DNA of 31,281 bases from a bacterium (GTDB lineage: Bacteria; Zhuqueibacterota; Zhuqueibacteria; Oceanimicrobiales; Oceanimicrobiaceae), in assembly GCA_046757165.1 (NCBI GenBank), contig JBHHXT010000040.1, forward strand, positions 1-31,281, given 5' to 3'. Each line of letters starts with the position of its first letter. Positions within the stretch are counted from its first letter, which is position 1. The position numbers and the translations under genes are program-made. This document shows positions 1 to 9,401 of the stretch, piece after piece. The notes under the pieces are model-generated. The model made no database searches. It saw only the letters and a list, made by a program, of their open reading frames with translations, and had not been told where the DNA came from.

Positions 1-128
1 AACCAAGTTTTTGAAGTTATTCGTGTCAATTCGTGCAAATTCGAGGCTGCATCAATTATTTGGTTGCGGCCGAAGGCCGCGCCAGGTCAATCCGTGGCCA
101 AAACAGCCCTCCGCAGCAGGAATCCCGG

Positions 129-1007
129 TCACGCGCTCCGGGCCCGTTCAAGAGCTTGTTTCAGGGCGCGCTCAGTCAGCACTTTCGCGAGCTGCCGCCG
201 GAAGTCCGACGAAGCGTGCATGTCTGCCGGCGGGTCGATTTCTTGTTCAGCTGCTGTTTGTGCAGCCTCGTGCAGTGCTTCGTCGGTCAGACCGCGAGAA
301 ACCAGAACCTGCTCAGCCTGATGCGCGCGCACGGGCGTACTGCCGACACTGAGCAGCACGATACGAGCCGCCTGGCAGCCCCCCGCTTCATTCAGAGTCA
401 GGCAGGCGGCCACCCCGACCAGAGCAAAATCACCATGCCGGCGTGATACCTCTTGAAAGGCACAGCCGGTCTCAGGCGGCAACGGTGGGATGACGATTTC
501 AGTCAGCATCTCCTCAGGCGCCAGATCGGTCGTAAACAGGTCGACAAAAAAGTCTTTGGCCTCGAGCCACCGGTCGCCGCTTCGACTTTGAATTCGGAAA
601 CGCGCCTCCAGGGCGAACATCACCGCCGGCAGCTCGGAGGCCGGGTCCGCGTGTGCCAGCGAGCCACCCAGCGTGCCGCGATTGCGAATCTGCGGATGCG
701 CGATGTGTGGCATGGTTTCAGCGATTAACGGAGCGTGTTTTGTAATCAGCTCGCTGCGCTCGAGCGTGGCCTGCCGGGTCATGGCCCCGATGTGAACGCC
801 CTTTTGGTTGTGCTTGCGAATGTAGAAAAGCTCTTCGACGTGATTCAGATCGATCAGAACAGCCGGCTGGGCCAGACGAAAGTTCATCGTCGGCACCAGA
901 CTCTGGCCGCCGGCGAGAAGCTTGGCGTCGAAGCCATGTTCGTCGAGCAGGGAAAATGCTTCTTCGAGTGTCTGCGGGACGAAATATTGAAATGGCGCGG
1001 GCTTCAC
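129..1007 (-). CDS. FAD-binding medium subunit of a xanthine dehydrogenase/CO dehydrogenase-family molybdenum hydroxylase (CoxM/CutM-like)
   Basis: 292 aa. N-terminal MKPAPFQY, FAD motifs LLAGGQSLVP and IRNRGTLGGSLAHADPASE, and RRHGDFA. The GTG start overlaps the large-subunit TGA stop. Confidence 0.93.
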   Translation of the reverse strand: MKPAPFQYFVPQTLEEAFSLLDEHGFDAKLLAGGQSLVPTMNFRLAQPAVLIDLNHVEELFYIRKHNQKGVHIGAMTRQATLERSELITKHAPLIAETMPHIAHPQIRNRGTLGGSLAHADPASELPAVMFALEARFRIQSRSGDRWLEAKDFFVDLFTTDLAPEEMLTEIVIPPLPPETGCAFQEVSRRHGDFALVGVAACLTLNEAGGCQAARIVLLSVGSTPVRAHQAEQVLVSRGLTDEALHEAAQTAAEQEIDPPADMHASSDFRRQLAKVLTERALKQALERARSA

Positions 1008-3361
1008 TTTGGCTGTCCTTTCAGAAGGTTGAGGGAGGGAATGAGCTCAAACAACCGATTCGGACTCAACGGAATCTCCAGAATCTCAAGATCACACTCA
1101 TGCAGCGCATCTTCGAGCGCCTGCGCAAACAGCGCCCCCACCGGAATGGACCCGGCTTCGCCAGCGCCTTTGACACCAAGCGGGTTGAGTGGCGACAGCG
1201 TCTCGACATGGTCCGTTTCGATAACCGGCACGTCGTTGGCCGTCGGCAGGAGGTAATCCATGAACGAGGCGTTGGTGAGCTGCCCGGTTTCGTCGTACGC
1301 CAACTGCTCGTAGAAGGCATTGCCGATCCCTTGCGCCACGCCGCCGTGAATCTGCCCGGCGAGAATCATCGGGTTGATGACCTTGCCACAGTCATGCACC
1401 ACGACGTACTTCTTGATGTCGACCATCATGGTCTCCGGGTCGACCTCGAGGAGCATGGCGTGCACACCGCTGGCCGTGCTGCCGCGCTCCGGCCCGAAAT
1501 AATCCGTCGCTTCCAGTCCGGGCTCCGTTCCGGGCTTGACCGCGCCCCGAAGCGGGTTGGACATCTGCGCCAGCTCTCCGAGCGCAACGGATTTCTGAGG
1601 CACGCCTTTGACGAAGACCTTGCCATCTTGCAGCACCAGGTCCTCCTCCGCAGCTTCGAGATGTTCGCTGGCGTATTTGAGAATCTTCTTGCGAACGCGC
1701 ACGGCGGCAGCGTGAATGGCATTGCCAGCCACCACGGCCCCGCGGCTGGCGAACGTCCCGCAGCCCCAGTTGAATTCTCCCGTGTCGCCGGTGACCACTC
1801 GGATGTCTTTGACGTCGACGCCGAGCTGCTCGGCAACGATTTGCGCAAAGGAAGTGAAGTGTCCCTGGCCCTGGGTCCCCACACCCGTGGCAACATTGAC
1901 TTTTCCGCTGGCATCCACTTTCACCCGCGCGCCTTCATAGGGACCGATGCCCGTCCCTTCGACGTACGAAACGATGCCAACTCCGACATGCTTGCCTTGC
2001 TGGCGCAATTTGGATTGTTCCTTTTTCACGAAATGGTCGTACCCGATCATTTCGGCTGCGCGTTCCAGCGCCGGTTGATAGTTGCCGCTGTCGTAGACCA
2101 GAGGAGCGAAATCCTGGTAGATAATCTTGTTGTCGTATGGGAATTTGTCCGGTGCGATGTAGTTGCGTTTGCGGATTTCGACGCGGTCGATGCCGAGCTC
2201 TTTCGCCGCAAAGTCCAGCAGTCGCTCCATGACGAAGACGCCATGCTGCCGTCCGGCGCCGCGGTAGGGCGTCACGATGGTCTTGTTCGTAAAGATGGCC
2301 TTGAACTCGCTGTAATAGTTGGCGATGTCGTACGGGCCGAGCAACGTGCACTGGCTGTTGATGGGAACGGTCAAGCCATAGGGGGCGTAGGCGCCCGTGT
2401 CGTGAAGAAACGTGTCGTGCACGCCGAGAATCTTGCCCTCCTTGGTCAGCGCGATCTCAGCATCGTGGATTTGCCCGCGCTCATGTGTTGTTGCGAAAAA
2501 ATTCTCCCGCCGGTCTTCGATCCACTTGACCGGCTTGCCCAACTGCATCGCCACCCAGGGAATCAGCACTTCTTCCGGATAGAACATCATAATCTTCGGG
2601 CCGAAGCCGCCACCGATGAACGGGGCAATCACCTGAACTTGCGACTCCGACAAACCGAGCATGGCCGCCAGTCCGTTTCGAATCGGAATCGGCGCCTGGG
2701 TTGTGTCCCAGATCTTCAGGTGTTGCGTCCTCTTATCCCAGTCGGCAACGATGCCGCGGTTTTCGAGGGCGGCTGCTGTGCCACGGTCGTAGAAAAATCG
2801 CCGCTTGATGAGCACGTCTGCCTGGTTCTTAATCGAGGCGTACTGGCCTTTTTCCTGAATAACGTGTGCCGCCAGGTTGGAGTCCAGGTCGTCGTGCACG
2901 CGCGCCGTCTGCGGGTCGAGGGCGGATGCCAGGTCCACTACCGCCGGCAGCGGCTCCACATCCACCACGATGTCCTCCAGGGCATCTTCGGCGAGGTAGC
3001 GGCTTGTGGCGACCACCAGCGCAATGGCTTCGCCCACATGCTTGACCTTGTCTTTTGCCAACGGCACCTGCGTGCGCTGATTGAAGGTCAACCCTTCGAT
3101 AGGCGGCGGTGGCACCAGCAAAGGGCCGGGCTGCCAGTACTCGCCCAAATCCGCTGCCGTGTAAACCGCGGCCACGCCCGCCCGCTGCCTGGCCGCAGAA
3201 ACATCGATTTTCTTGATGCGCGCATGAGCATAATCGCTGCGCAGAAAAGCCACATGCAGCATGCCCGGCACCTGCACGTCGTCGATAAAGAGCGCCTCCC
3301 CTCTCAACAGGCGAGGGTCTTCGTTGCGTTTGATGGGTTCGCCAAAATATCGCGTGGCCAA
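1004..3361 (-). CDS. Molybdopterin-binding large subunit, CoxL/CutL-like (form II-type)
   Basis: 785 aa. Motifs R.EDPRLLRG, IGGGFGPK, active-site loop PYRGAGR, QGQGH.T, GTFASR, GQIHGGVAQGIG and KGAGEAG. TTG start preceded by an AGGAG Shine-Dalgarno. Confidence 0.93.
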   Translation of the reverse strand: MATRYFGEPIKRNEDPRLLRGEALFIDDVQVPGMLHVAFLRSDYAHARIKKIDVSAARQRAGVAAVYTAADLGEYWQPGPLLVPPPPIEGLTFNQRTQVPLAKDKVKHVGEAIALVVATSRYLAEDALEDIVVDVEPLPAVVDLASALDPQTARVHDDLDSNLAAHVIQEKGQYASIKNQADVLIKRRFFYDRGTAAALENRGIVADWDKRTQHLKIWDTTQAPIPIRNGLAAMLGLSESQVQVIAPFIGGGFGPKIMMFYPEEVLIPWVAMQLGKPVKWIEDRRENFFATTHERGQIHDAEIALTKEGKILGVHDTFLHDTGAYAPYGLTVPINSQCTLLGPYDIANYYSEFKAIFTNKTIVTPYRGAGRQHGVFVMERLLDFAAKELGIDRVEIRKRNYIAPDKFPYDNKIIYQDFAPLVYDSGNYQPALERAAEMIGYDHFVKKEQSKLRQQGKHVGVGIVSYVEGTGIGPYEGARVKVDASGKVNVATGVGTQGQGHFTSFAQIVAEQLGVDVKDIRVVTGDTGEFNWGCGTFASRGAVVAGNAIHAAAVRVRKKILKYASEHLEAAEEDLVLQDGKVFVKGVPQKSVALGELAQMSNPLRGAVKPGTEPGLEATDYFGPERGSTASGVHAMLLEVDPETMMVDIKKYVVVHDCGKVINPMILAGQIHGGVAQGIGNAFYEQLAYDETGQLTNASFMDYLLPTANDVPVIETDHVETLSPLNPLGVKGAGEAGSIPVGALFAQALEDALHECDLEILEIPLSPNRLFELIPSLNLLKGQPK

Positions 3362-3512
3362 AATTGGGCTCCTAACCTGGAAAATTCATAAATCAAAAAC
3401 TTGGCGCGGCGCAGCCGCAAATGCAAAAATCAAACATAAGAATGGAAAATGACAAATGAAAAATCAAAGAGATGCAGGCAGACACCCTGCGAGGCGCTCT
3501 CCGAAACAGCCT

Positions 3513-3551
3513 TCCGCAACCATCTACAACAATAGAACAATAGAACAATAG
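3513..3551. repeat. Intergenic element: TCCGCAACCATCTA plus 3 x AACAATAG, directly after the coxS-like stop codon
   Basis: Read directly. A near-identical element lies at 4354-4399. Confidence 0.85.
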
Positions 3552-3554
3552 AAA

Positions 3555-4019
3555 TCACCCCGCCCCCTTCACCGCCTCAACAATATTCTGATACCCGGTA
3601 CACCGGCAAAGATTGCCGGAAAGTGCCTGACGGATTTCCTGCTCGTCAGGATTGGGATTGTTCTGCAAAAAGGGAATCAGGGTCATGAGCACGCCTGGTG
3701 TGCAAAAGCCACACTGCAGTCCATGCGCCTGGCGAAACGCCTCTTGCAGCGGATGCAGCTCCTCCGCACCAGGAGCGAGGCCTTCAACCGTGAGCAGGGT
3801 TTGCTCATGCGCTTGCACCGCAAAGAGCAGGCACGACCGCACGGCTTCGCCATTGAGCAGAATGGTGCACGCGCCGCACACGCCGTGCTCGCAGCCGACG
3901 TGGGTGCCGCTCAATCCGAGCTCATGACGCAGAAAATCGCTCAGAAGCAGGCGTGGTTCCACGGAGCGTTCAAATCTCTCACCGTTAACGGTGACCGTGA
4001 TACGCTGGAATTCACTCAT
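3555..4019 (-). CDS. [2Fe-2S] small subunit, CoxS/CutS-like
   Basis: 154 aa. Motifs GCEHGVCGACT...SC, QCGFCTPG and GNLCRCTGY give two 2Fe-2S clusters. Confidence 0.95.
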   Translation of the reverse strand: MSEFQRITVTVNGERFERSVEPRLLLSDFLRHELGLSGTHVGCEHGVCGACTILLNGEAVRSCLLFAVQAHEQTLLTVEGLAPGAEELHPLQEAFRQAHGLQCGFCTPGVLMTLIPFLQNNPNPDEQEIRQALSGNLCRCTGYQNIVEAVKGAG

Positions 4020-4176
4020 CTTTTTCGACGATCAAGTTTTGCGATTGAACTTTCCTCCCAGAGGTGAGAAATGGTATTGATTTTTTTGTCGTGGATCAAG
4101 CAAAATCTGCTGCCCGGGTGTTTTCGCTGGTAAAACAAATGTACCGCACAAATGTCATCGTTAGCCAGGTAGAAGG

Positions 4177-4260
4177 ATCCAACACAGTCTCTGACTGTGT
4201 TTTGTTGTCCTGGGCGGCATCCCCGGGTCTCAAATACACGGTCAGAGACCGTGTAAGATC
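4177..4260. repeat. REP/REPIN-like inverted hairpin doublet
   Basis: Hairpins AACACAGTC-TCT-GACTGTGTT (4181-4201) and TACACGGTC-AGA-GACCGTGTA (4235-4255) are near reverse complements of each other. Confidence 0.7.
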
Positions 4261-4353
4261 GGTGGTTGGTCTAAAAAATTTTTTCCGATAGTGTCCGAGT
4301 TAAGCGAAGCAATCTCCGACACAGCGGCGGTTGCAGAAGCCGCTAGGCTGACC

Positions 4354-4399
4354 TCCGCAACCATCTAATAACAATGAAACAATAGAACAATAGAACAAT
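4354..4399. repeat. Intergenic element: TCCGCAACCATCTA plus AACAATGA/AACAATAG array, directly after the ptrB stop codon
   Basis: Read directly. Second copy of the 3513-3551 element. Confidence 0.85.
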
Positions 4400-6534
4400 C
4401 AAACCCCTATCCCGAGAACCTTGAAGACGAACGCATACTCAAACGCGATCTCCTTCAAATAGTCATACCGGCCTGACGCTCCTCCGTGTCCCGCGCCCAT
4501 ATTCGTTTTCAGCAAGAGCAGATTGTCATCCGTTTTCAGCGCGCGCAATTTTGCCGTCCACTTCGCCGGTTCCCAGTACTGCACACGCGGGTCATTGAGT
4601 CCGGCCGTGATCAAGATGTTGGGATACGCCTTCGCCTCGACGTTGTCATAGGGCGAATAGCTCTTGATGTAATCGTAATACTCTTTTTCATTTGGATTGC
4701 CCCATTCCTCATATTCGATCACCGTCAGCGGGATCGAGGCATCGAGCATGGTGTTGACCACATCGACGAACGGCACTTTCGCGACCGCTGCTTTGAACAG
4801 ATCCGGCCGCATGTTCAGGACGGCCCCCATGAGCAAGCCGCCGGCACTGCCGCCGCTGATCACCAGGTGTTGGCTGTCAGTATAGTTTTCGGCGATCAGG
4901 TGCTCGGCGCAGGCGATGAAGTCCGTGAAGGTATTCTTCTTGTGAAACAGTTTGCCGTTTTCGTACCACGGCCGGCCCATGGCCCCGCCGCCGCGAATAT
5001 GGGCAATCGCAAACACAAAACCGCGGTCCAGCAAACTCAAGCGATTGGAATTGAAGGCCGGCTCGATCGTGTGCCCATATGAGCCGTATCCGTAGAGCCA
5101 GAACGGGTTTCGGCCATTCTTCTTCAGCCCTTCCCTGTAAACCAGAGAAATCGGGATCTCTTCGCCATCCGGAGCCCGGGCAAAGATGCGCTCGATTTCA
5201 TAGTTCTCTGTCACATAATCACCCAGAACCTCTTTTTGCTTTTTCAGCTCCCGTGTGCGGTTCGCCATATCATAATCAAACACGGACTCGGGCGTGGTCA
5301 GCGATGAATATTTGAACCGCACCACGTTGGTGTCGAACTCCGGATTGCTGGTCGTGCGGATGGAATAGGCGGGCTCGTCGAATTGCACATAATGCTTTTC
5401 GTCAGTCGTCAAATCGATGATGGCGATTTGCTCCAGGCCCCGTTCGCGCTCATAGACGACGAGGTGGTTCTTGAACGGCTCGATGCCGTCGATTTTGACC
5501 GATTGTCGATGTGGAATGAGCTCCCTCCAGTTCTGCTTGCCGGGGGTGTGCGCGCGCACCTGCATCACCTTGAAGTTGATCGCATCATCGTTGGTCATGA
5601 TGAAGAATCTATCGCCGTGGTGCTCGACAGCGTATTCCATCTTGTGCTGACGCGGATGAATGACCTTGAACCTGCCAGCCGGCCGGTTCGCGTCAAGGTA
5701 CCAGACTTCACTGGTGGTGTTGCTCTCCAGCTCGAGCATCAGGTAAGCCTTGCTCTTGGTTTTGTAAACGGAAAGGAAATACGCCTCATCCTCCTCGAAG
5801 TGGATCAGTTGGTCGTTGGCCGCATCTACGCCCAGCGTGTGGCGGAAGAGCTTGAAAGGGCGCCTGGCCTCGTCCAGGGTGTTGTAAAAGAGCGTCTTGT
5901 TGTCGTTGGCCCACTCCACCGAGTAGTAGGTGTTCGGAATCTGGTCACGAAGCAGGGTGCCTTTTTGCAAGTCTTTGACATGAAGCGTGTAGGTCTCCGC
6001 TCCTGTGGTGTCGACGGAATAGGCCAACAGTTGGTGGTTTGGACTGATTTTGAAGACGCCGAGGCGAAAATAGTTTTTCCCCTCTGCCAGCTCATTCTGG
6101 TCCAGGATGATTTCTTCCTCGGCTTCAAGACGGCCTCTTTTTCGACAGTAGATGGGATATTGCTTGCCTTCCTCTGTTCGCTTGTAGTAGAAATAATCCC
6201 CATGCCTCACGGGCACTTCCAGGTCGGTTTCCTGGATTCGGCCGACCATTTCGCGGTACAACGCCTCCTGCCCTGGCTTTGTGTCAGCCATGACGGTTTC
6301 GGTGTAGCGGTTCTCCGCCTCGAGATAACCGATGACCTCCGGGTTGTCGCGCTCACGCAGCCAGAAGTAAGGGTCGACGCGCTTGTCGCCATGTACGGTG
6401 ACATCCCTGGCAACCGCTTTTGCTGCGGGCGGTGGCGGCATTTCTTTCTTGCCACAGGCCGCAAAAGCAAAAAAGATTGTGCTCAGAAGGGCCATTTCAA
6501 TTCCTGTGAACGTGAAATCGAGCTTTGTCTGCAT
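4399..6534 (-). CDS. ptrB: Oligopeptidase B (S9A prolyl oligopeptidase family) with a predicted lipoprotein signal
   Basis: 711 aa. HGD.RVDPYFWLR N-terminus. Catalytic triad contexts GGSAGG, GLNDPRV and GAGHGG, plus EYEEWGNP. GGAGG SD. Lipobox-like FAAC at C27. Confidence 0.93.
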   Translation of the reverse strand: MQTKLDFTFTGIEMALLSTIFFAFAACGKKEMPPPPAAKAVARDVTVHGDKRVDPYFWLRERDNPEVIGYLEAENRYTETVMADTKPGQEALYREMVGRIQETDLEVPVRHGDYFYYKRTEEGKQYPIYCRKRGRLEAEEEIILDQNELAEGKNYFRLGVFKISPNHQLLAYSVDTTGAETYTLHVKDLQKGTLLRDQIPNTYYSVEWANDNKTLFYNTLDEARRPFKLFRHTLGVDAANDQLIHFEEDEAYFLSVYKTKSKAYLMLELESNTTSEVWYLDANRPAGRFKVIHPRQHKMEYAVEHHGDRFFIMTNDDAINFKVMQVRAHTPGKQNWRELIPHRQSVKIDGIEPFKNHLVVYERERGLEQIAIIDLTTDEKHYVQFDEPAYSIRTTSNPEFDTNVVRFKYSSLTTPESVFDYDMANRTRELKKQKEVLGDYVTENYEIERIFARAPDGEEIPISLVYREGLKKNGRNPFWLYGYGSYGHTIEPAFNSNRLSLLDRGFVFAIAHIRGGGAMGRPWYENGKLFHKKNTFTDFIACAEHLIAENYTDSQHLVISGGSAGGLLMGAVLNMRPDLFKAAVAKVPFVDVVNTMLDASIPLTVIEYEEWGNPNEKEYYDYIKSYSPYDNVEAKAYPNILITAGLNDPRVQYWEPAKWTAKLRALKTDDNLLLLKTNMGAGHGGASGRYDYLKEIAFEYAFVFKVLGIGV

Positions 6535-6611
6535 AAGACCTCCTTTGTTGGGAAACTCGTCGTTGTCGCAGGCAGTCTCACTGGACGCAGTGAACCTACT
6601 GAAAGAATTGC

Positions 6612-6640
6612 AAATTACAGAATCTGCCGCTCTTAATCAA
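6612..6640 (-). promoter_or_regulatory. Possible sigma70 promoter for ptrB
   Basis: Minus strand reads TTGATT-N17-TAATTT. Confidence 0.3.
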
Positions 6641-6756
6641 AAGTTTTTTTGTCGCTGATAGAGAAATTTTGTTCATCGTTGTCGAAACCGCTGCCGTGCT
6701 GTACCGAATCCTGGGAAGGTCTTTACATTGTCACGGTTTTCGTCGATATAGAGGCT

Positions 6757-7968
6757 ATGGAATACTCTGTTGCCAGGCAGCCCATTTTCGACCGCCACAA
6801 TCGCGTCTATGCCTATGAATTGCTCTTTCGCAGCAATGTCGACACCAACTCGTGTCCGTCAAACGGAGATCAGGCGACAGCCTCTGTTCTCGAGCACAGC
6901 TTCATGTCAATGGGCATCAAGCATCTGACGGGGGGCAAGCTTGCGTTCGTTAATTTTACGCAGAACCTGCTGCTGGAGGGTCTCGCCACGATTTTCCCGA
7001 AGGAGCTCATCGGCATCGAAATCCTGGAAAACGTCGAGCCGGACGAGCAATTGGTCGAGAAATGCCGAGAGTTGAAAGCGCTCGGCTATCTGCTCATTCT
7101 GGATGATTTTGTCTGGCAACCGGAATTCGAGCCGTTGCTGCAGTTGGCGGAGATTGTAAAAATCGATTTTCTTATCACCCAGGGGGAGGAAAGAAAACGC
7201 TGCCTGGAACGGATCAATTTGAAGCACATCAAATATCTGGCCGAGAAAGTCGAGACCCTCGAAGATTATCAACAAGCGCGCGAGCTGGGGTATGAGTATT
7301 TTCAGGGTTACTATTTTACCCGGCCCCAAATCATGTCTGGGCAAGAGCCCGCCGCGCACAAGTTGACGCACCTGCGCATGCTGCAGCAGATTCAAACCCC
7401 GGAGATCGATTTCCGCGAGTTAGAACACATCATCAAGCAAGATGTGTCGCTGTCCTACAAGTTGCTGCGCTATGTGAATTCCGCCTTCTTTGGCCTTGCA
7501 TGCCAAATCCGATCCATCAAACACGCGCTTTCGATGATCGGGCTGAACGAGGCACGAAAATGGCTCTCTTTGATCCTGTTGAGCAGCCTGGCTGACAATA
7601 AGCCCGTCGAGCTGGTCAAAATGTCCCTTCTGCGGGGCACCCTGTGCGCGACGCTGGCGCGGCTTTTCAAGCGGGAGAAAAAAGAGTCGGAGTTGTTCTT
7701 GATGGGCCTGCTGTCGCTGATGGATGCCCTGCTCGACCAGCCCATGGCGCAGATTCTCTCTGAGCTTCCTCTTGCAGAGGATATCAAACGACCCCTGCTC
7801 GGCGAACCCAGCCCCTACCAACCCATCTATCAAATGGTCATCGCCTATGAGAAAGGAGACTGGGAGACCATTTTTCGTCATCTGGGGAATTCCGATTTTC
7901 GAGTGGCTGACCTGACGGAACGTTATCTGAAGACCGTCGAGTACTCGGAACAAATCTTGCAGGGTTGA
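6757..7968 (+). CDS. EAL + HDOD domain c-di-GMP signalling protein (YuxH/CdgJ-like)
   Basis: EAL motifs ARQPI..YELLFR, LILDDF, KIDF, AEKVET and FQGYYF. HDOD motif D.SLSYKLLRYVNSA. The ATG at 6757 with GAGG SD is preferred over the ORF-track start at 6649. Confidence 0.9.
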   Translation: MEYSVARQPIFDRHNRVYAYELLFRSNVDTNSCPSNGDQATASVLEHSFMSMGIKHLTGGKLAFVNFTQNLLLEGLATIFPKELIGIEILENVEPDEQLVEKCRELKALGYLLILDDFVWQPEFEPLLQLAEIVKIDFLITQGEERKRCLERINLKHIKYLAEKVETLEDYQQARELGYEYFQGYYFTRPQIMSGQEPAAHKLTHLRMLQQIQTPEIDFRELEHIIKQDVSLSYKLLRYVNSAFFGLACQIRSIKHALSMIGLNEARKWLSLILLSSLADNKPVELVKMSLLRGTLCATLARLFKREKKESELFLMGLLSLMDALLDQPMAQILSELPLAEDIKRPLLGEPSPYQPIYQMVIAYEKGDWETIFRHLGNSDFRVADLTERYLKTVEYSEQILQG

Positions 7969-7969
7969 G

Positions 7970-8001
7970 CTATTGTTCTATTGTTGCATTGCTCCATTGT
8001 T
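7970..8001. repeat. Degenerate CTATTGTT 8-mer array directly after the EAL-HDOD stop codon
   Basis: CTATTGTT CTATTGTT GCATTGCT CCATTGTT. Same unit and same gene-relative orientation as the arrays at 3528 and 4370. Confidence 0.75.
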
Positions 8002-8178
8002 TGTGTCTGCTGTCTGAAACCCTCTTGATGCTCAGGTCAATTCCAACCATCGTAACCCAGGCTTCCAGCCTGGTACTGCCCACGTCGCAATCGCTCCTAA
8101 TGCTTCACTTCAATTCCAACAACATTCGTAATTCGCAATTGGAGCAAAGTCCTATCACGCATCCTGCTTCACCACAGG

Positions 8179-8991
8179 TCAACGTTGGCCCGGGAGAAGA
8201 TTGCCGGCAATCTTCTCGATATCCTTGAAGTACTTCACGGTTTCCACTTGCAGTTCCATGGTGGCGGCGTCGTCACAGGCAATGATCGCGTGTTGGTGCA
8301 TCTGCAGCATCGAAACCGTCCACATGTGGCTGATGCCTCCTTCGACAACCTGGCGCAGCGCCCGCGCTTTGTTGAAGCCGGAAATGATGATCAAGACTTC
8401 ACGCGCATCCATCACCGTCCCAACTCCGACCGTCAGCGCCATTTTCGGGACGTTCTTGATGTCGTCGTCGAAAAAGCGTGAATTGGCCAGGATGGTATCG
8501 TAGCTCAAGGTTTTCACACGAGTCCTGGAAGTCAACGAGGAGCCGGGCTCGTTGAACGCAATGTGACCGTCCGGGCCGATGCCGCCCAGGAAGAGATCGA
8601 TGCCGCCGCAAGCCCGTATCTTTTCTTCGTACTCCTGACACTCCTTTTCCAGGTCCGCGGCATTGCCATCCAGGAGATGGATGTTCTCCTCGGGAATATC
8701 GATATGGCGGAAGAAGTTGTGCGCCATGAAATAGTGGTAACTTTGCGGGTGGTCCTCCGGGATGCCGACATACTCATCCATGTTGAACGTGATCACATGC
8801 TCAAAAGAGAGCTTACCCTGCTTGCAAAGCTCGATGAGATTCTCGTAAGCGCCGAGGGGCGATGACCCGGTTGGCAACCCCAGGATAAAAGGCTTTTCCC
8901 GGGTTGGATGGGCTTTGTTGATCTGGTCCGCGACGTAGTCCGCCACCCATTTGCTGAGCGTGGCATAATTCTCCTGAATGACGATTCTCAT
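8179..8991 (-). CDS. nagB: Glucosamine-6-phosphate deaminase
   Basis: 270 aa. Motifs [40 protein letters not shown] and [19 protein letters not shown]. Confidence 0.96.
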   Translation of the reverse strand: MRIVIQENYATLSKWVADYVADQINKAHPTREKPFILGLPTGSSPLGAYENLIELCKQGKLSFEHVITFNMDEYVGIPEDHPQSYHYFMAHNFFRHIDIPEENIHLLDGNAADLEKECQEYEEKIRACGGIDLFLGGIGPDGHIAFNEPGSSLTSRTRVKTLSYDTILANSRFFDDDIKNVPKMALTVGVGTVMDAREVLIIISGFNKARALRQVVEGGISHMWTVSMLQMHQHAIIACDDAATMELQVETVKYFKDIEKIAGNLLPGQR

Positions 8992-9132
8992 GTTTTTCTC
9001 CTGTTTTCCTGGTGGGTATTGTCAAAAGTTTGTTCACGTCGTAATATCCAAGTGCTGTATTTGATATCTGACAAGTAAAGTTCTGTCATCTTGTGGCAAG
9101 AAATGAAAACTGAATCCTAAAACCAAAGATTT

Positions 9133-9210
9133 CACGCAAAGACGCGAAGGCGCAGAGGGATCGCAAAGAGAATCCTTTGCGTATTCTTTGCGGCTCTGCG
9201 CCTTTGCGTG
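9133..9210. repeat. Periodic inverted repeat (4 x CGCA/GAAG-like units facing 4 x CTT/CTGCG-like units)
   Basis: Left arm units at 9135, 9143, 9151 and 9162. Mirror units at 9175, 9186, 9194 and 9202. Can fold into a long hairpin. Confidence 0.8.
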
Positions 9211-9401
9211 CGCTCTTAATCTTTGTTGGTTCCGGCTTCGCCGCGCTGGGAAAATCCGCGTCCTCCGCGTTCAATTTCTTGATAAAGTCAATTCAGGACA
9301 TCGTATTATAGGGATTCTCCGATCAAATTTCAAGGGGCCGCTTTTCATTGACCACTAGTTTTATGGAACAATTTCATCCTGTCATTCGTTAACGCTATTT
9401 G

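Noticed and set aside
1004..3361. Call as a true aerobic CO dehydrogenase CoxL
   Set aside because: It lacks the AYxCSFR Cu-ligand motif and the form I gene order.
956..3391. 811-aa + strand ORF
   Set aside because: It is an antisense shadow of the CoxL-like gene with no recognisable motifs. Such shadows are common opposite GC3-rich genes.
3380..3470. A-rich AAATCAAA/AAATGAAA degenerate repeats between the small- and large-subunit genes
   Set aside because: The repeats are too degenerate to define a unit, so they are noted only as low-complexity sequence.
4064..4291. 75-aa ORF, and similar short ORFs at 7965-8228, 19245-19448 and 29438-29647
   Set aside because: They overlap intergenic repeats and have no convincing SD or recognisable protein features.
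5383..6636. 417-aa + strand ORF
   Set aside because: It is antisense to ptrB and has no motifs.
9086..9274. 62-aa ORF ARKGAEPQRIRKG...SLCAFASLRE
   Set aside because: It is a translation of the periodic inverted repeat, not a credible protein.
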